From the NCBI GenBank assembly GCA_036399335.1, contig DASWNF010000014.1, forward strand, positions 108,033-172,032: a DNA stretch of 64,000 nt. The letters are read 5' to 3'. The notes below the pieces were generated by a model. The model did not search any database. It was not told where the DNA came from and saw nothing but the letters and a program-made list of their open reading frames with translations. Shown piece by piece: positions 45,740-57,436 of the stretch (its first letter is position 1; each line of letters begins with the position of its first letter). Made by a program: the position numbers and the translations under genes. This DNA is from Minisyncoccota bacterium. GTDB taxonomy: Bacteria > Patescibacteriota > Minisyncoccia > Phycocordibacterales > Phycocordibacteraceae.

Positions 45740-46873
45740 ATGTCTATCACCAAGAACGGCTTCATATTGGCCGCTGTAAGCGCGCTTTTCCTCGCTTCGG
45801 CGGTTATTGCCCCTATAAGTGCCCAGGCGCAGACTTCCTGCTCCTTTTACCGTAACCTCGCCGTAGGTTCTTCGGGCGGCGATGTTTACTGCCTCCAGAA
45901 CTGGCTCGCTGCACAGGGCTACTTTGCTGCGGGTTCGACCGGCTACTACGGTCCAATCACCCAGCAGGCCGTAATCCGCTGGCAGCTTGCCTCTGGACAG
46001 CCGGCTACCGGCGTCTTCACTCCGGGTAGCTTTGGCCGCGAACTCGCGCCGCTCGGCGTGTCCTATACGAATAACTCAGCCGGTGCCGCTGATGCTATTC
46101 GGGACGCGGAAGAGGCTATCGATGATGCTGAAGACGAAATTGACGACGCGAGCGGAAGTCGTGCAGACGAAGCCGAAGACCTCCTCGACGACGCAGAAGA
46201 CGAGCTCGATGATGCTCGCCGCGCCTATGCGTCTGCTGACTACAGCCGCGCTATCGACCACGCCGAAGAGGCGGAAGACCTGGCCAACGAAGCCATTGAC
46301 GAGGTCGACGGTGACCGCAACGACCGTGATAACGACCGTGACGACGAAGACCGTGACGACGCGGCTGATGCCATTGATGACGCCCGCAACTCACTCGATG
46401 ATGCGTGGGACGAGGTAGATGAAGCATGGGAAGACGGTTGGGACACCGACGAGGCCGAAGATACCCTTCATGACGCCGATGACGTCCTGATGGACGCTGA
46501 GGACGCGTACGACGACCGTGACTACGACGAGGCACTCGACCTTGCCGACGTAGTCGAAGACCTCATCAGCGAGGCTCTCGATGAGATAGACGAGGACCGT
46601 GATGATGATTGGGATAACGACTACTACGGGAACGCTACTGACGCTCGGGATGCCCTCGAAGACGCTGAGGATAACCTCAACGATGCGTGGGATGACCTTG
46701 ATGACGCTTGGTATGACGGTTGGGACACCGACGAGGCCGAAGACATCCTCCACGACGCCGATGACGCCCTTATGGATGGCTGGGATGCCTACCGTGACGG
46801 TGATTACAGCGAGGCACTCGACCTTGCCGATGAAGTCGAAGACCTCATTGACGAGGCAATGGACGAAATCTAA
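45740..46873 (+). CDS. secreted peptidoglycan-binding protein with Asp/Glu-rich helical repeats
   Basis: Signal peptide; RNL.VGSSG.DV..LQ.WL...TGYYGPITQQAV..WQ; acidic repeats. Confidence 0.85.
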   Translation: MSITKNGFILAAVSALFLASAVIAPISAQAQTSCSFYRNLAVGSSGGDVYCLQNWLAAQGYFAAGSTGYYGPITQQAVIRWQLASGQPATGVFTPGSFGRELAPLGVSYTNNSAGAADAIRDAEEAIDDAEDEIDDASGSRADEAEDLLDDAEDELDDARRAYASADYSRAIDHAEEAEDLANEAIDEVDGDRNDRDNDRDDEDRDDAADAIDDARNSLDDAWDEVDEAWEDGWDTDEAEDTLHDADDVLMDAEDAYDDRDYDEALDLADVVEDLISEALDEIDEDRDDDWDNDYYGNATDARDALEDAEDNLNDAWDDLDDAWYDGWDTDEAEDILHDADDALMDGWDAYRDGDYSEALDLADEVEDLIDEAMDEI

Positions 46874-47010
46874 GCTCTACTGAGCTCGTTAAGCAAAAGA
46901 GCGCCCGTAATGGGCGCTCTTTTGCTTTTACACGCCTAAAGAGAGGAAACGCACATGGTATCCTTGGGTATCGTTGTTAAGCGACGTTACCAGTATTAAC
47001 AAAGATCTTT

Positions 47011-48180
<1,170 letters not shown>

Positions 48181-48267
48181 CCGTCCCTTCGGAACGACAA
48201 AAGCCCGGCTCTAGAGCCGGGCTTTTGTCGTTCACGCAAACTTTCCCGAAAGGAGTACCATGGGGCC

Positions 48268-49458
48268 ATGGAACCGCTTGCATCACGCATACGTCCAACG
48301 TCGTTAACTGAAGTCGTTGGCCAGGAGCATTTGGTAGGGGAGGGTAAGCCGCTTCGGGTGGCCGTTGAGAAGGCGCATCTCTTCTCCTTCGTCCTCTGGG
48401 GCCCGCCAGGCACGGGGAAGACCACTATTGCCCGTATCTACGCAAATGCCCTCGACGCCGAGCTCCATGAGCTTTCAGCCGTCTCTGCGGGGAAGGAAGA
48501 CATACGCAAGATCCTGGGAAAGCCCGAGACCCGCGGCGCGCTCGGTACGGGGCAACCGCTTCTCGTGCCTGACCGGCCGAAGGTGCTTTTCCTCGATGAG
48601 ATACATCGGTTCAATAAGAGCCAACAGGACTTCCTCTTACCCTATGTCGAAAGCGGCCAATTGACGCTCATCGGCGCGACGACGGAGAACCCCTCGTTCG
48701 AAGTCATCCCGGCGCTCCTCTCGAGATGTCGCGTCTTCGTACTTGAACCGTTATCCGAAGAGTCGCTTCGCGCAATCGTAAAGCGCTCGAAGCTGAAGCT
48801 CGGCAAGGACGCTTTCGAATGGCTCATGGCGTACGCAAACGGGGATGCCCGTCGCGCGCTCACGCTTCTCGACAATACGCAGAGCCTCTACGGGAAAATC
48901 ACTACCGAGACGCTCAATAAGGCGCTTGAGTCGCCGCATCTCCGGTATGACAAGAAGGGCGATGAGCATTACGACACCATCAGCGCTTTCATTAAGAGCA
49001 TGCGGGCGTCACAGCCGGATGCGGCAGTCTATTATCTTGCACGTATGGTCGAGGCCGGGGAGGACCCGCTTTTCATCGCACGCCGGATGGTCATATTCGC
49101 CTCCGAAGATATCGGGCTTGCGCAGCCCACGGCGCTCGTTGTTGCAAACAGCGTGTTCCGGGCCTGCGAAACCATCGGGTATCCGGAATGCGCGATAAAT
49201 CTCGCGCACGGGGTTGCGTACTTGGCGAATTGCCCGAAGACAAAGTCGGCGTACGAAGCATTACGGGAGGCCCAAGCCGATATACGGAAATACGGGAACC
49301 TGCCGATACCGAAGAAGATACGCAATGCGCCGACGAAGCTCATGCAAGACCTCGACTACGGCAAGGGGTATGAACGCTACGACGACGAGAGCTATTTACC
49401 CGATAAGCTCAAGAAGAAAGCCTACTTCCCTAAGAAGAAGAAACAAGAAGGCGAATGA
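48268..49458 (+). CDS. rarA: replication-associated recombination protein RarA/MgsA
   Basis: PLA.R.RP..L.EVVGQEHL, GPPGTGKTT, DEIHRFNKSQQD, GATTENPSF, ASEDIGLA. Confidence 0.95.
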   Translation: MEPLASRIRPTSLTEVVGQEHLVGEGKPLRVAVEKAHLFSFVLWGPPGTGKTTIARIYANALDAELHELSAVSAGKEDIRKILGKPETRGALGTGQPLLVPDRPKVLFLDEIHRFNKSQQDFLLPYVESGQLTLIGATTENPSFEVIPALLSRCRVFVLEPLSEESLRAIVKRSKLKLGKDAFEWLMAYANGDARRALTLLDNTQSLYGKITTETLNKALESPHLRYDKKGDEHYDTISAFIKSMRASQPDAAVYYLARMVEAGEDPLFIARRMVIFASEDIGLAQPTALVVANSVFRACETIGYPECAINLAHGVAYLANCPKTKSAYEALREAQADIRKYGNLPIPKKIRNAPTKLMQDLDYGKGYERYDDESYLPDKLKKKAYFPKKKKQEGE

Positions 49459-49511
49459 TAGGTAAAAAGCGCCGGCCTTGTGGCCGGCGCTTTTTACCTA
49501 CATGGGTCGAA

Positions 49512-49784
49512 CTACTTAACCGCGTCCTTGAGGGCCTTTGCGGGGCGGAACTTAGGAGTGCGGGTTGCAGCGATCTTGATGGTCTCGCCGGTGCGCGGGT
49601 TGCGTCCGGTGCGAGCTGGGCGTGCCTTTGCGACAAAGATGCCGAGTCCTGCGATAGAAACCTCGTCACCGCTGCGGAGACCGCCAGTAATGCTCTCGAT
49701 GACGCACTCGACTGCACGATCTGCATCAGCGCGCGTGCCGCCGAGTACTTCCTGCACCTTCGATACGATATCTGCTTTGTTCAT
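49512..49784 (-). CDS. hup: HU family DNA-binding protein
   Basis: MNKADIV, GLGIF, RTGRNPRTGE.I.I, PKFRPAKALKDAV. Confidence 0.96.
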   Translation of the reverse strand: MNKADIVSKVQEVLGGTRADADRAVECVIESITGGLRSGDEVSIAGLGIFVAKARPARTGRNPRTGETIKIAATRTPKFRPAKALKDAVK

Positions 49785-50146
49785 AGTGTTAAACCTTGCT
49801 TGGTATTAGGGCTAAGTCCACCTTCCGGGGGCTATGCTAAAAAGTATAGGAAATGCGCCATATTGTGCAATAGCAGCAAAATGAGAGCGGGGATAGCCGA
49901 TTTTGTTGACGGATGGGCTTATTCCGGTCATGATTGCGGAGGTTGGCAAGCATCCCAGCCCTTATTGGAGCATAGATATGCCGAGAATTTTTGCCGGACT
50001 GATTGCGGTACTGCTTGTGAGCGTGGTGCTCATCGCACTCGCGACGGAAGGGAACCTCTCGAACCTTTCGAACATCTTCTAGAGGCCGCACGCGCAATCA
50101 GGAAGGGGCGCCCCTCACCGGGCGCCCCTTTTTCTCATCCCTTTTA

Positions 50147-51676
50147 TTACCGCGCGAACTCAACGACGCGATTCTCCCTAATGACGTTCACCTTTATCTC
50201 TCCCGGGTACTTAAGCTCCTCCTGGATGCGGTTTGCGATATCTGCCGCAAGCCGGTGGGTCGCAATATCGGATACCTTGCCGGGGTTAACGAAGATGCGT
50301 ATCTCGCGGCCTGCCTGTATGGCATAGGCCTTCTCTACTCCGTGGAAGCCTGAAGCAAGGCGCTCAAGGTCGTTCAGGCGCTCAAGGTAGCGTTCTACGG
50401 TATCGCGGCGCGCGCCTGGGCGGCCAGCGGAGACGGCGTCTGCAACCTGCACGATCATGGACTCGGGCGTTTCGTAGGGGAATTCCTCATGGTGCGATTG
50501 CATCGCTTGGATTACCGGCTTTCCTACGCCGAATTTCTCAAGGATGCGGCGGCCTATCTCGACATGGGTACCTTGGACTTCATGGTCGACTGCCTTGCCG
50601 ATATCGTGAAGAAGGGCACCGGCGCGCGCAATGTCAGGATTAGCGCCCAGCTCTTCGGCGAGCATGCCGGCTATGTGCGCCATTTCGACTGAATGCTGGA
50701 GGACGTTCTGGCCATAGCTGCTGCGGAAGTGGAGGCGGCCGAGAAGCGAAATGAGCTTCGGGTCGAGCCCGACAACGCCGGCCTCGTACGCGGCTTCTTC
50801 ACCCTTCTGCTTCACTATGTCGCTTACTTCGCGGCGCACCTTCTCCAGGGTCTCCTCGATCTTCGCGGGCTGGATGCGGCCGTCTTCAAACAAGCGCTCG
50901 AGGGTGACTTTCGCGATGTAGCGGCGAAGCGGGTCGAAGGAAGAAAGGGTAATGCGTTCAGGAGCATCGTCGATGATGATGTCGACGCCGGTTGCCCGCT
51001 CGAAGGCTTTGATGTTGCGGCCTTCCTTACCGATGACCTTACCCTTCATTTCTTCAGATGGGATGGAGACGGACGTACTCATGACCTCGGCATTTACGCT
51101 CGAACCAAGGCGATGGATCGCCGTAATGAGGAGTTCGCGCGCCTTGCCCTCAAGCTTCCTTCGCGAGGTCGTCTCGAGCTTCTGCAGGCGGGCAAGAAGC
51201 GCTTCCTTATGGATCTCTTCGAGGTCGCCCATGAGCTTCTTGAGCGCCTCTTCTTCGGTGAGGTGGGCGAGCCGGACCAGGTCGTCACGGCGTTCGCGGA
51301 TAAGCGCCTCGGCTTCAGCGCGTGCCTTGCGCAGTTCACTCTCTCGCTTTTCAAGCGAGTCCGCGCGCTCGACCAGCGACTGCTCACGGTCATCGAGGAA
51401 TTCCTCGCGCTTTCCGAGGCGCGCGGCAAACTTTTCCACCCGTTCCTCGCGCTCGCGCAAGGGGCCTTGCCCGGCCTTCTCGATGTCCTCAGCGCGCGCC
51501 TCGGCCTCTTCTATGATGCCGGCTGCCTTCTCGCGGGCCTCAAGGAGCCGCTGTTTAACTTGGATATCGAGCGAGCCGCGCTGTCCGAGCGCGATGAGGA
51601 CACGCAGAATATACCCGAGCGCGATGCCGGCAAGGCCCGAAAGGGCCAATAATATGAGTACCAGTTTTATGGACAT
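50147..51676 (-). CDS. rny: ribonuclease Y
   Basis: N-terminal TM, coiled coil, KH domain (KGKVIGKEGRNI), HD domain (SYGQNVL.HS, LLHDIGK), AIQAGREIR. Confidence 0.96.
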   Translation of the reverse strand: MSIKLVLILLALSGLAGIALGYILRVLIALGQRGSLDIQVKQRLLEAREKAAGIIEEAEARAEDIEKAGQGPLREREERVEKFAARLGKREEFLDDREQSLVERADSLEKRESELRKARAEAEALIRERRDDLVRLAHLTEEEALKKLMGDLEEIHKEALLARLQKLETTSRRKLEGKARELLITAIHRLGSSVNAEVMSTSVSIPSEEMKGKVIGKEGRNIKAFERATGVDIIIDDAPERITLSSFDPLRRYIAKVTLERLFEDGRIQPAKIEETLEKVRREVSDIVKQKGEEAAYEAGVVGLDPKLISLLGRLHFRSSYGQNVLQHSVEMAHIAGMLAEELGANPDIARAGALLHDIGKAVDHEVQGTHVEIGRRILEKFGVGKPVIQAMQSHHEEFPYETPESMIVQVADAVSAGRPGARRDTVERYLERLNDLERLASGFHGVEKAYAIQAGREIRIFVNPGKVSDIATHRLAADIANRIQEELKYPGEIKVNVIRENRVVEFAR

Positions 51677-51849
51677 GAGTTTTCGATGCCTGGCGAACGC
51701 GTATCCCGAGTCATGCAACCGCAATGGAGTCCTGGGGAGGGGTGCTTCGCTAGGTGTTGTTTTCTGTAACCTCACCACCTTGCCACAACGGGCGTGGTTT
51801 GTAAAAAGAACGGCCGCGCACGAGGCGCGGCCGTTCTTTTTACGCGCAA

Positions 51850-52455
51850 TTAACGCTTATATACCTGGTCGACGATGCCGTACTTCTTTGCGTCTTCGGC
51901 CATCATGAAGTAGTCGCGGTCTACGTCCTTTTCAATCCTTTCAAGCGGCTGCCCGGTCGTCTTCGCGAGGATCTTATTCAGGCGGTCGCGGGTGGCAAGG
52001 ATGTGCCGCGCTGTAATCTCGATGTCGGTTGCCTGGCCCTGGGCACCGCCCCATGGCTGGTGGATCATCACTTCGGCATTCGGGAGCGCGTAGCGCTTAC
52101 CCTTTTCTCCCGCCGCAAGGATAACGGCTGCGGCGCTGGCTGCCATGCCGACGCAGACGGTCGATACGGCCGGCTTTACGTGGTTCATCGTGTCGAGGAT
52201 GGCGAGGCCCGCCGTGACTGAGCCGCCGGGCGAATTGATGTAGAGCGAAATATCCTTCTTCGGGTCCTCGGACTCGAGGAAGAGGAGCTGGGCGATGATG
52301 AGGTTCGCTACGTCGTCATCGATACCGCCGCCGAGGAAGACGATGCGGTCCTTCAGGAGGCGGGAATAGATGTCATAGCCGCGTTCGCCGAACTGCGACT
52401 TTTCAATAACCATCGGTACGAGCATGGCGGAACGGGTGTGGGTTTGTTTTTCCAT
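51850..52455 (-). CDS. clpP: ATP-dependent Clp protease proteolytic subunit
   Basis: [30 protein letters not shown]; start codon uncertain. Confidence 0.96.
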   Translation of the reverse strand: MEKQTHTRSAMLVPMVIEKSQFGERGYDIYSRLLKDRIVFLGGGIDDDVANLIIAQLLFLESEDPKKDISLYINSPGGSVTAGLAILDTMNHVKPAVSTVCVGMAASAAAVILAAGEKGKRYALPNAEVMIHQPWGGAQGQATDIEITARHILATRDRLNKILAKTTGQPLERIEKDVDRDYFMMAEDAKKYGIVDQVYKR

Positions 52456-52508
52456 AGGCAAAAGCTTAGTTACGGAATGGTAACAGAATTTGGAAGGCGA
52501 GGCTAACG

Positions 52509-52691
52509 TTAATAGGTTCCGGGAAGCGTAACCTCAGCCGGCTGGAGTGCGATACGGTCCGTGAGTGCATAATAGGCGCCGGCTACGACGATGGCGAGGA
52601 TGAGGAAGATAGAGATAAGAGCGCCCCAGGAACCTTTAGAAGGCCTGTTCGTGCGGGGAAGGGCTGGGGTAGTGGTGAATTCCATACTCAT
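52509..52691 (-). CDS. small membrane protein
   Basis: 60 aa with a single TM ([19 protein letters not shown]). Confidence 0.6.
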   Translation of the reverse strand: MSMEFTTTPALPRTNRPSKGSWGALISIFLILAIVVAGAYYALTDRIALQPAEVTLPGTY

Positions 52692-52823
52692 TTAATTAGT
52701 ACAGATGCCGTGTGGATCCGGTGAATCTTACGAACTTTGAAACGCAGACTGTTCGTTAGGTACATTCCCTGCGACAAAGCAAAACGCCCCGCAATGCGGG
52801 GCGTTTTGCCTGAGCGTTGTTGC

Positions 52824-53345
52824 CTATGCCTTCTTCTCCGCGTACATCTGGCATGCACGGTCGAAGGCTGCCTGTGCTGCGTCCTTTCCTTCGAACTCAC
52901 CGAGCGACACCTTCTTCTCCTGGAGTTGCTTGTAGGTGAGGAAGAAGTGGGAAATCTCCTTCAGGGTGTGCGGGTTCACGTCCTTGAGGTCCTGTATTTC
53001 CGCAAAGCGCGGGTCGGTCGCCGGTACGGCGAGCACCTTTTCGTCCTTCTCGCCGCCGTCGACCATGGGCAGGATGCCGATGGGCCGGGCATGCACGAGG
53101 ATGCCGGGCATGAGGGGCTGGGTCGTGAGGAGTACGACATCGAGCGCATCACCGTCGTCCCACAGGGTCTGCGGCACGAAGCCGTAGTCGAAGGGGTACT
53201 GCTGTGCCGTGTGGAGTACGCGATCCAGCGCGATGAGGCCGGTCTCCTTGTCGATCTCGTACTTATTTTGCGAACCGCGCGGAATCTCGATGATGACGTT
53301 CATCACGTCCTTCGTTCCCGGGGTGATGTCGTGAAGCAGGTTCAT
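52824..53345 (-). CDS. ppa: inorganic pyrophosphatase (family I)
   Basis: IEIPRGSQNKYE, YGFVPQT..DDGDALDV, D.GEKDEK. Confidence 0.96.
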   Translation of the reverse strand: MNLLHDITPGTKDVMNVIIEIPRGSQNKYEIDKETGLIALDRVLHTAQQYPFDYGFVPQTLWDDGDALDVVLLTTQPLMPGILVHARPIGILPMVDGGEKDEKVLAVPATDPRFAEIQDLKDVNPHTLKEISHFFLTYKQLQEKKVSLGEFEGKDAAQAAFDRACQMYAEKKA

Positions 53346-53359
53346 ATATAGAGTATAGG

Positions 53360-54811
53360 CTATGCCTGGTGCTCGGCCTGTTCCTCCGTGGTGACATCGC
53401 GGTCTTCGAGGTTGGTCGAGTCGCCGCTGTCGGAGAGCTTCATCTCGTCCTCGACGGTAAGCGCACCGGAGTCGTTGGTTGCGTCGTCCTCAGTCGTGAC
53501 GACCGAGGCGCTTTCGTTTGGTGCGATGCCTGCCTCGATAGATGGGCTCCGTTCTACCGCAGCTTCTGCGGCCTCAAGCTCGCCTTCAACGGCGATGCTC
53601 GTGTCGGGGGCGTTCTTCTTCTCGGCGTAGAGTTCGCTTGAATCGGCACCGCCCACGGCGTCTCCGCCGACCGAAGCGATGTCGATGTTCCAGCCGGTCA
53701 GCTTTGCGGCGAGGCGTACGTTCTGTCCGCCGCGGCCGATAGCGAGCGACTGCTGGTCTTCTGAAACGGTAACAGTGGCACGGTGGCCGGCTTCGTCGAG
53801 CTCAACTTCGAGCACGGTCGCAGGCGAGAGGGCTTCCTTAATGAAGTCACTCTGGTTCTCCGACCATTCGATGATGTCGATGCGTTCGCCGCCGAGCTCG
53901 CCCATGACGGTCGAGACGCGGACGCCGCGCTGGCCGACGAGCGAACCGACCGGGTCGACATGCGGGTCAAGCGAACCGACGGCAATCTTCGTACGGCTGC
54001 CGGCTTCGCGTGCAAGCCCCTTCACTTCAAGGCTGCCCGCAGCGAGCTCCGGTACCTCGGCTTCAAAAAGCTTCACGAGGAACTTCGGATGCGAACGGGA
54101 CAGGCGCAGGTATACGCCGCGAAATCCTTCGTCCACGTTGTAAAGGAAGGCGCGGATGCGCTCTCCGGGACGGAAACGTTCGCCGGGAATCTGCTCCTCG
54201 TACGGGATGATACCGGTTGCGCGGCCGAGGTCGACGAAGATGGCGCCGCGCTCTACGCGCTGCACGATGCCCGATACGATCTCGCCCTTCTTGTGGCCGA
54301 ATTCCTCCAAGATAGAAAGTTTCTCGGCTTCGCGGATCTTCTGGATGACGACCTGCTTCGCCGTCTGTGCGGCGATGCGGCCGAAGTCGTCCTGAGGTTC
54401 GAGCGGGAAGACTATTTCGCCGCCCAGCTCGGCGTCGCGCTTAATGCGCTTCGCGTCCTCAAGGAGGATGTGCTTTTCGGCGTCAAAGCGTGGCAGCTCG
54501 CCCTCGGGAACCTCTTCGTGCTCATGATGAAAACGATCCTGGTGTTCGTGGACTACCTCGGCAGCTTCAGCTTCCTCCTCGGGGGAGGGGAAGCGGACCA
54601 TGCTTTCGTCGACGATGGACTTCACTTGCTCAAAGCCGACGCTACCCGAGTTCATGTCGAGCATGGCGCGCACGATCTGGCCGCGCTTGCCGTACTCCTT
54701 CTTGTACGCCGTTGCCATCGCGGATTCGATGGCCTCGAGCATGGTTTCGCGGGAAATTCCGCGATCCTCGAACTCTCCAAGCACGGAATGTATTGTTTTT
54801 AGGTCCAACAT
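53360..54811 (-). CDS. nusA: transcription termination factor NusA
   Basis: FGRIAAQTAKQV, AREAGSRTKIAV, GERIDII, SLAIGRGGQNVRLA. Confidence 0.97.
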   Translation of the reverse strand: MLDLKTIHSVLGEFEDRGISRETMLEAIESAMATAYKKEYGKRGQIVRAMLDMNSGSVGFEQVKSIVDESMVRFPSPEEEAEAAEVVHEHQDRFHHEHEEVPEGELPRFDAEKHILLEDAKRIKRDAELGGEIVFPLEPQDDFGRIAAQTAKQVVIQKIREAEKLSILEEFGHKKGEIVSGIVQRVERGAIFVDLGRATGIIPYEEQIPGERFRPGERIRAFLYNVDEGFRGVYLRLSRSHPKFLVKLFEAEVPELAAGSLEVKGLAREAGSRTKIAVGSLDPHVDPVGSLVGQRGVRVSTVMGELGGERIDIIEWSENQSDFIKEALSPATVLEVELDEAGHRATVTVSEDQQSLAIGRGGQNVRLAAKLTGWNIDIASVGGDAVGGADSSELYAEKKNAPDTSIAVEGELEAAEAAVERSPSIEAGIAPNESASVVTTEDDATNDSGALTVEDEMKLSDSGDSTNLEDRDVTTEEQAEHQA

Positions 54812-54950
54812 AGCCTTCCTTTATTTAGTTGTGCGCACGTATGTAATTGTCGCCTCGTTAATAAGAAATGCCCGCGGGGGCGGACATTTCAGGTAATAAA
54901 AACGTACCATATATATAGGTGGGGGGTCAATGAAGCCCGCACGGATTGAG

Positions 54951-54974
54951 TCGGCTCTGGGGCGATGTTGGAAC
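54951..54974 (+). repeat. cassette-boundary repeat
   Basis: TCGGCTCTGGGGCGATGTTGGAAC; shares the core CTCTGGGGCGATGTTGGAAC exactly with the copy at 4390. Confidence 0.85.
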
Positions 54975-54986
54975 TTTGTACCCGTC

Positions 54987-55532
54987 TTAAGTTTCCGAAT
55001 AAACACTACCTGTTTGAGTAGTTGATCCCGTGCGTACATCAAGCTCCCACTCCCCGTATGTGCTCCCGCCCCCATCTCCACTGTACGTGGTAAAGAATAC
55101 TGTGTATTCATCTATAAAACGAAGACTGTCCGGATTTATGCCGGGGCCTCCTGTGTAAGAACCAATGTACTCAATAGCAGGCGTATCAGCCCATACCGAT
55201 TCGAGAAAGAAATAGCAGGTAGGCGCTCCATAAGGACCGCATGTTGAATTCCTAAAACCGTCAGTCTCTCGCTCGACTACGACATAAAGCGCATCGTATT
55301 TTTTTGAACTTGTTGAAAGTTGTGAAATGAATTTGTTCCTTACGATGCTTACTATCTTGAACCTGGAGCTCTCATACAACTCACGAGTCGATAGACCTTC
55401 TTTAGTTTCTGTCAGAGTTGATGAGGGTGTTGTTTTAAAATCACTAGTCTTTGAGTAAGAGACATAAGATAGTATTCCTAACAAAGCAACTAGGAGAAGC
55501 GGCACAACAATTCGACCGGCTTTTATATTCAT
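54987..55532 (-). CDS. secreted or membrane-anchored hypothetical protein (AT-rich cassette)
   Basis: N-terminal TM, low GC, bracketed by repeat sites. Confidence 0.7.
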   Translation of the reverse strand: MNIKAGRIVVPLLLVALLGILSYVSYSKTSDFKTTPSSTLTETKEGLSTRELYESSRFKIVSIVRNKFISQLSTSSKKYDALYVVVERETDGFRNSTCGPYGAPTCYFFLESVWADTPAIEYIGSYTGGPGINPDSLRFIDEYTVFFTTYSGDGGGSTYGEWELDVRTGSTTQTGSVYSET

Positions 55533-55553
55533 ATAGAACGATAATAGCAGTGA

Positions 55554-55580
55554 TTGCTGGCAGATTAGGTTTCGAACCTA
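55554..55580 (+). repeat. island right-end tRNA-3'-like site
   Basis: Reverse complement TAGGTTCGAAACCTAATCTGCCAGCAA: T-arm TAGG-TTCGAAA-CCTA plus an acceptor-like strand. Confidence 0.75.
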
Positions 55581-55634
55581 TTCCCACATGAAAGGCATTA
55601 AGCCCACCCTTATGCACGCTATACTGCATACAGC

Positions 55635-57386
55635 ATGCAGGTTGCAGAAAGCGAACTGAAAACATTCATCCTCGATTCGGGGCTCGTGTCGCGTGCCGAA
55701 GTCGACGACGCGGAGAAGGAAGCAAAAGAACGGAAGCAGTCCATCGGCGACATCCTCGTGTCAAAGGGCACCTTATCCGAGGACGCGCTCCGCCGTATCA
55801 AGGCATACGTGCTCGGCATTCCTTTTGTGAACCTGAAGGAGCTCAAGGTGCCGCTCGACGTCCTCTCGCTCATCCCGGAGCCGATCGCGCGCACGCACAA
55901 CATCATCGCGTATAAGAAGACGGATAAAGGGCTCGAGGTAGCCATGCTCGACACCGAAGACTTGCCGGCTATCGACTCGGTCAGGAAGAAGACACGCCTT
56001 AACATCCTCCCGCGCCTTACGGACGACGAGTCAATCAAGCATGCGCTCCTGCAGTACCAGAAGTCCCTCAAGGAAGAGTTCGGCGACCTCATCACGACCG
56101 AGGCCAGCCGGCTTACGCTCGTCTCTGAAGACCCGTCGGGCGAGACCTCGGGCGAGGATTTGAAGCGCATGGCCGAAGACCTGCCTATCGTCCGCATTGT
56201 CGACACGCTCCTGCGCCACGCCATCATGGAAGACGCCTCTGACATCCATATCGAGCCTATGGAGAAGGAGGTCATGGTCCGGTACCGCATCGACGGCATC
56301 CTGCACGACGCGATGACGCTCCCGAAGCAGGCATCCGCCGGGCTTACGGCCCGCATCAAGGTGCTTTCATCCTTGAAGCTTGATGAAAAGCGCCTTCCGC
56401 AGGACGGACGCTTCAAGATGGAGACGGAGCGCGACAAGGTCTCCTTCCGCGTGTCGCTCCTCCCGACTTACTACGGCGAGAAGATCGTCATGCGCCTCCT
56501 TCGCGAGAGCGGGGAAGGGTTCACGCTCGATGCCCTCGGCTTCCATGGTGCTCCCCTCGAACGCATCCACCAGGCGGTGAAGCAGACGACCGGCATCATC
56601 CTTATTTCCGGACCGACGGGCTCGGGCAAGACGACTACCCTCTATACTGTCCTCGACATCCTCAATACGCCCCAGGTAAACATCTCCACGGTCGAAGACC
56701 CGATCGAGTACCAGATGAAGCGCGTGAACCAGACGCAGGTGAACCCGGCAATCGGCTTTACGTTCGCGAACGGCCTCCGCGCGCTCCTGCGCCAGGACCC
56801 GAACATCATCATGGTCGGCGAAATCCGTGACAGCGAGACGGCATCGCTTGCCATCAACGCCGCGCTCACCGGCCACCTCGTCCTTTCGACCATCCACACG
56901 AATAGCGCATCCGGCGCCATCCCGCGCCTCATGGATATGGGTGTCGAACCGTTCCTCCTCGTGTCGACCCTACGTCTCGTTGTCGGGCAGCGCCTCGTAC
57001 GCCGCCTCTGCGACAGCAAGCAGCCGTATACGCTCGATGATGTCGCGCGCGCAAAGGTCGCGACCGAGGACCGCTTTGGTGCGGCGCTCGAAGCCCTGAC
57101 CTCCGAGAAGCTCGTGAAGCCAGGAACGGCGATAGGGGAGGTGCCGTTTTATAAGCCGGTGCCGTCTCCCGAATGCGACGATGGGTACCAAAGCCGTATC
57201 GGCATCCACGAAGTCCTCTCCATTTCACCTGCCATACGCGAACTCATCCTCCATAACGGCACGCCGGACGCCATCGAGGCCCAGGCGCAGAAGGAAGGCA
57301 TGCTCACCATGCTTGAGGACGGCGTGTACAAGAGCGCCCGGGGCATCACTTCGCTCGAGGAAGTGCTTCGCGCTATCTCGGAATAG
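55635..57386 (+). CDS. pilB: type IV pilus assembly ATPase PilB/GspE
   Basis: ASDIHIEP, RLPQDGR, GPTGSGKTTTLY, EDPIEY, LRQDPNIIMVGEIRD, TGHLVLST.HTN. Confidence 0.95.
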   Translation: MQVAESELKTFILDSGLVSRAEVDDAEKEAKERKQSIGDILVSKGTLSEDALRRIKAYVLGIPFVNLKELKVPLDVLSLIPEPIARTHNIIAYKKTDKGLEVAMLDTEDLPAIDSVRKKTRLNILPRLTDDESIKHALLQYQKSLKEEFGDLITTEASRLTLVSEDPSGETSGEDLKRMAEDLPIVRIVDTLLRHAIMEDASDIHIEPMEKEVMVRYRIDGILHDAMTLPKQASAGLTARIKVLSSLKLDEKRLPQDGRFKMETERDKVSFRVSLLPTYYGEKIVMRLLRESGEGFTLDALGFHGAPLERIHQAVKQTTGIILISGPTGSGKTTTLYTVLDILNTPQVNISTVEDPIEYQMKRVNQTQVNPAIGFTFANGLRALLRQDPNIIMVGEIRDSETASLAINAALTGHLVLSTIHTNSASGAIPRLMDMGVEPFLLVSTLRLVVGQRLVRRLCDSKQPYTLDDVARAKVATEDRFGAALEALTSEKLVKPGTAIGEVPFYKPVPSPECDDGYQSRIGIHEVLSISPAIRELILHNGTPDAIEAQAQKEGMLTMLEDGVYKSARGITSLEEVLRAISE

Positions 57387-57436
57387 GGCGCCGTCGGTCG
57401 CCTGGCCAGTACTTCCTGCGTGCTACACTTTTTCTA

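Noticed and set aside
49455-50327. 290-aa plus-strand ORF and other long antisense ORFs (e.g. 5224..5898, 21349..22224, 25042..25932, 50693..51652, 53783..54802)
   Set aside because: These are shadow ORFs opposite well-supported genes, as expected in GC-rich DNA.
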